A stretch of DNA of 29,474 bases from NCBI GenBank assembly GCA_050298595.1, contig JBNKUM010000072.1, positions 1-29,474 on the forward strand. The letters run 5' to 3'. The position numbers were made by a program, and so were the translations under genes. Positions 28,884-29,474 of the stretch are shown here, piece after piece; within the stretch, counting starts at the first letter, position 1, and each line of letters starts with the position of its first letter. Origin of the DNA: Gammaproteobacteria bacterium. GTDB taxonomy: Bacteria > Pseudomonadota > Gammaproteobacteria > GCA-001735895. Under the pieces are notes generated by a model. It saw only the letters and a list, made by a program, of their open reading frames with translations, was not told where the DNA came from and did not search any database.

Positions 28884-29474
28884 ATGAGCAACAATATAAT
28901 ATGGCACAGCCATCCGGTTGATAAACAAACCCGTTCCGAACAAAAATACCAGCAACCACGAGTCATCTGGTTTACTGGACTTAGCGCTTCGGGTAAATCA
29001 ACCATCGCCGGTGCGCTGGAACAAATCCTCACTCAACAGGGTTATCACACCTATCTACTGGATGGCGATAATGTGCGTCATGGCCTGTGTAATGATCTGG
29101 GCTTTAGCGATGAAGATAGAAAAGAAAATATTCGCCGTGTAGGTGAAGTGGCTAAATTAAATGCCGATGCGGGTTTAATTTCCCTGGCAGCATTTATCTC
29201 ACCTTTTCGTAGTGATCGCCGCATAGTGCGCAATATTCTAAATGAAGGTGAGTTCATAGAAGTCTTTGTTGATGCTTCGCTGGAAGTCTGTAAGGAGCGC
29301 GACCCTAAGGGCCTATATAAAAAAGCCATACGTGGAGAGATCAAGCAATTCACAGGTATCGATAGCCCTTATGAAGCACCAGAAAATCCAGAGATTCATA
29401 TTCGTTCGGGTAAAGTTTCGGTAGCAGAAGCGGTTAATCAGATACTGGCTTATCTGGATGAGAATGGCATTTTA
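28884..29474 (+). CDS. cysC: Adenylyl-sulfate kinase, running off the window edge (absent from the ORF track)
   Basis: Hand translation from ATG 28884 (CAGGAG RBS): MSNNIIWH...[12 protein letters not shown]...[10 protein letters not shown]...[10 protein letters not shown]...ISPFR...RDPKGLY...FTGIDSPYE. No stop before 29474. Confidence 0.95.
   Translation, partial: MSNNIIWHSHPVDKQTRSEQKYQQPRVIWFTGLSASGKSTIAGALEQILTQQGYHTYLLDGDNVRHGLCNDLGFSDEDRKENIRRVGEVAKLNADAGLISLAAFISPFRSDRRIVRNILNEGEFIEVFVDASLEVCKERDPKGLYKKAIRGEIKQFTGIDSPYEAPENPEIHIRSGKVSVAEAVNQILAYLDENGIL

Noticed and set aside
838-29353. Numerous 60-126 aa ORFs overlapping the identified genes on the opposite strand or in other frames
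   Set aside because: Shadow ORFs inside well-supported housekeeping genes, with no motifs or RBS support. This includes 28918-29142 and 29078-29353, which overlap cysC.

Overview
A mostly housekeeping segment of a gammaproteobacterial chromosome. Minus-strand block: class I fumarate hydratase, htpG (with a clear sigma-32 promoter), a secreted TPR-like protein, rplS-trmD-rimM-rpsP, ffh and a class II cyclic-nucleotide phosphodiesterase-like gene. Plus-strand block: ypjD/ccsA-like, CorC/HlyC-like, radA, xseB, ispA, dxs, a cold-shock gene, a TusE/DsrC-like gene and folE2. Next come an unknown membrane protein, a YycJ-like MBL hydrolase, bamC and dapA (minus) and bcp (plus), then a cysB-like LysR gene divergent from cysJ-cysI-cysH-cysC (cysC runs off the right edge). 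The unusual material is non-coding. Two unrelated miniature inverted-repeat elements (479-786 and 23445-23623) are each interrupted by a related 46-48 bp twin-hairpin insert with GGA in both loops, resembling CsrA/RsmA binding sites. At the left edge, a hairpin-dense segment with G9/C11 tracts precedes tightly packed small ORFs that may be the end of an accessory or phage-like element. No tRNA, rRNA, CRISPR array or transposase was seen. All calls come from reading the sequence; no database searches were run.
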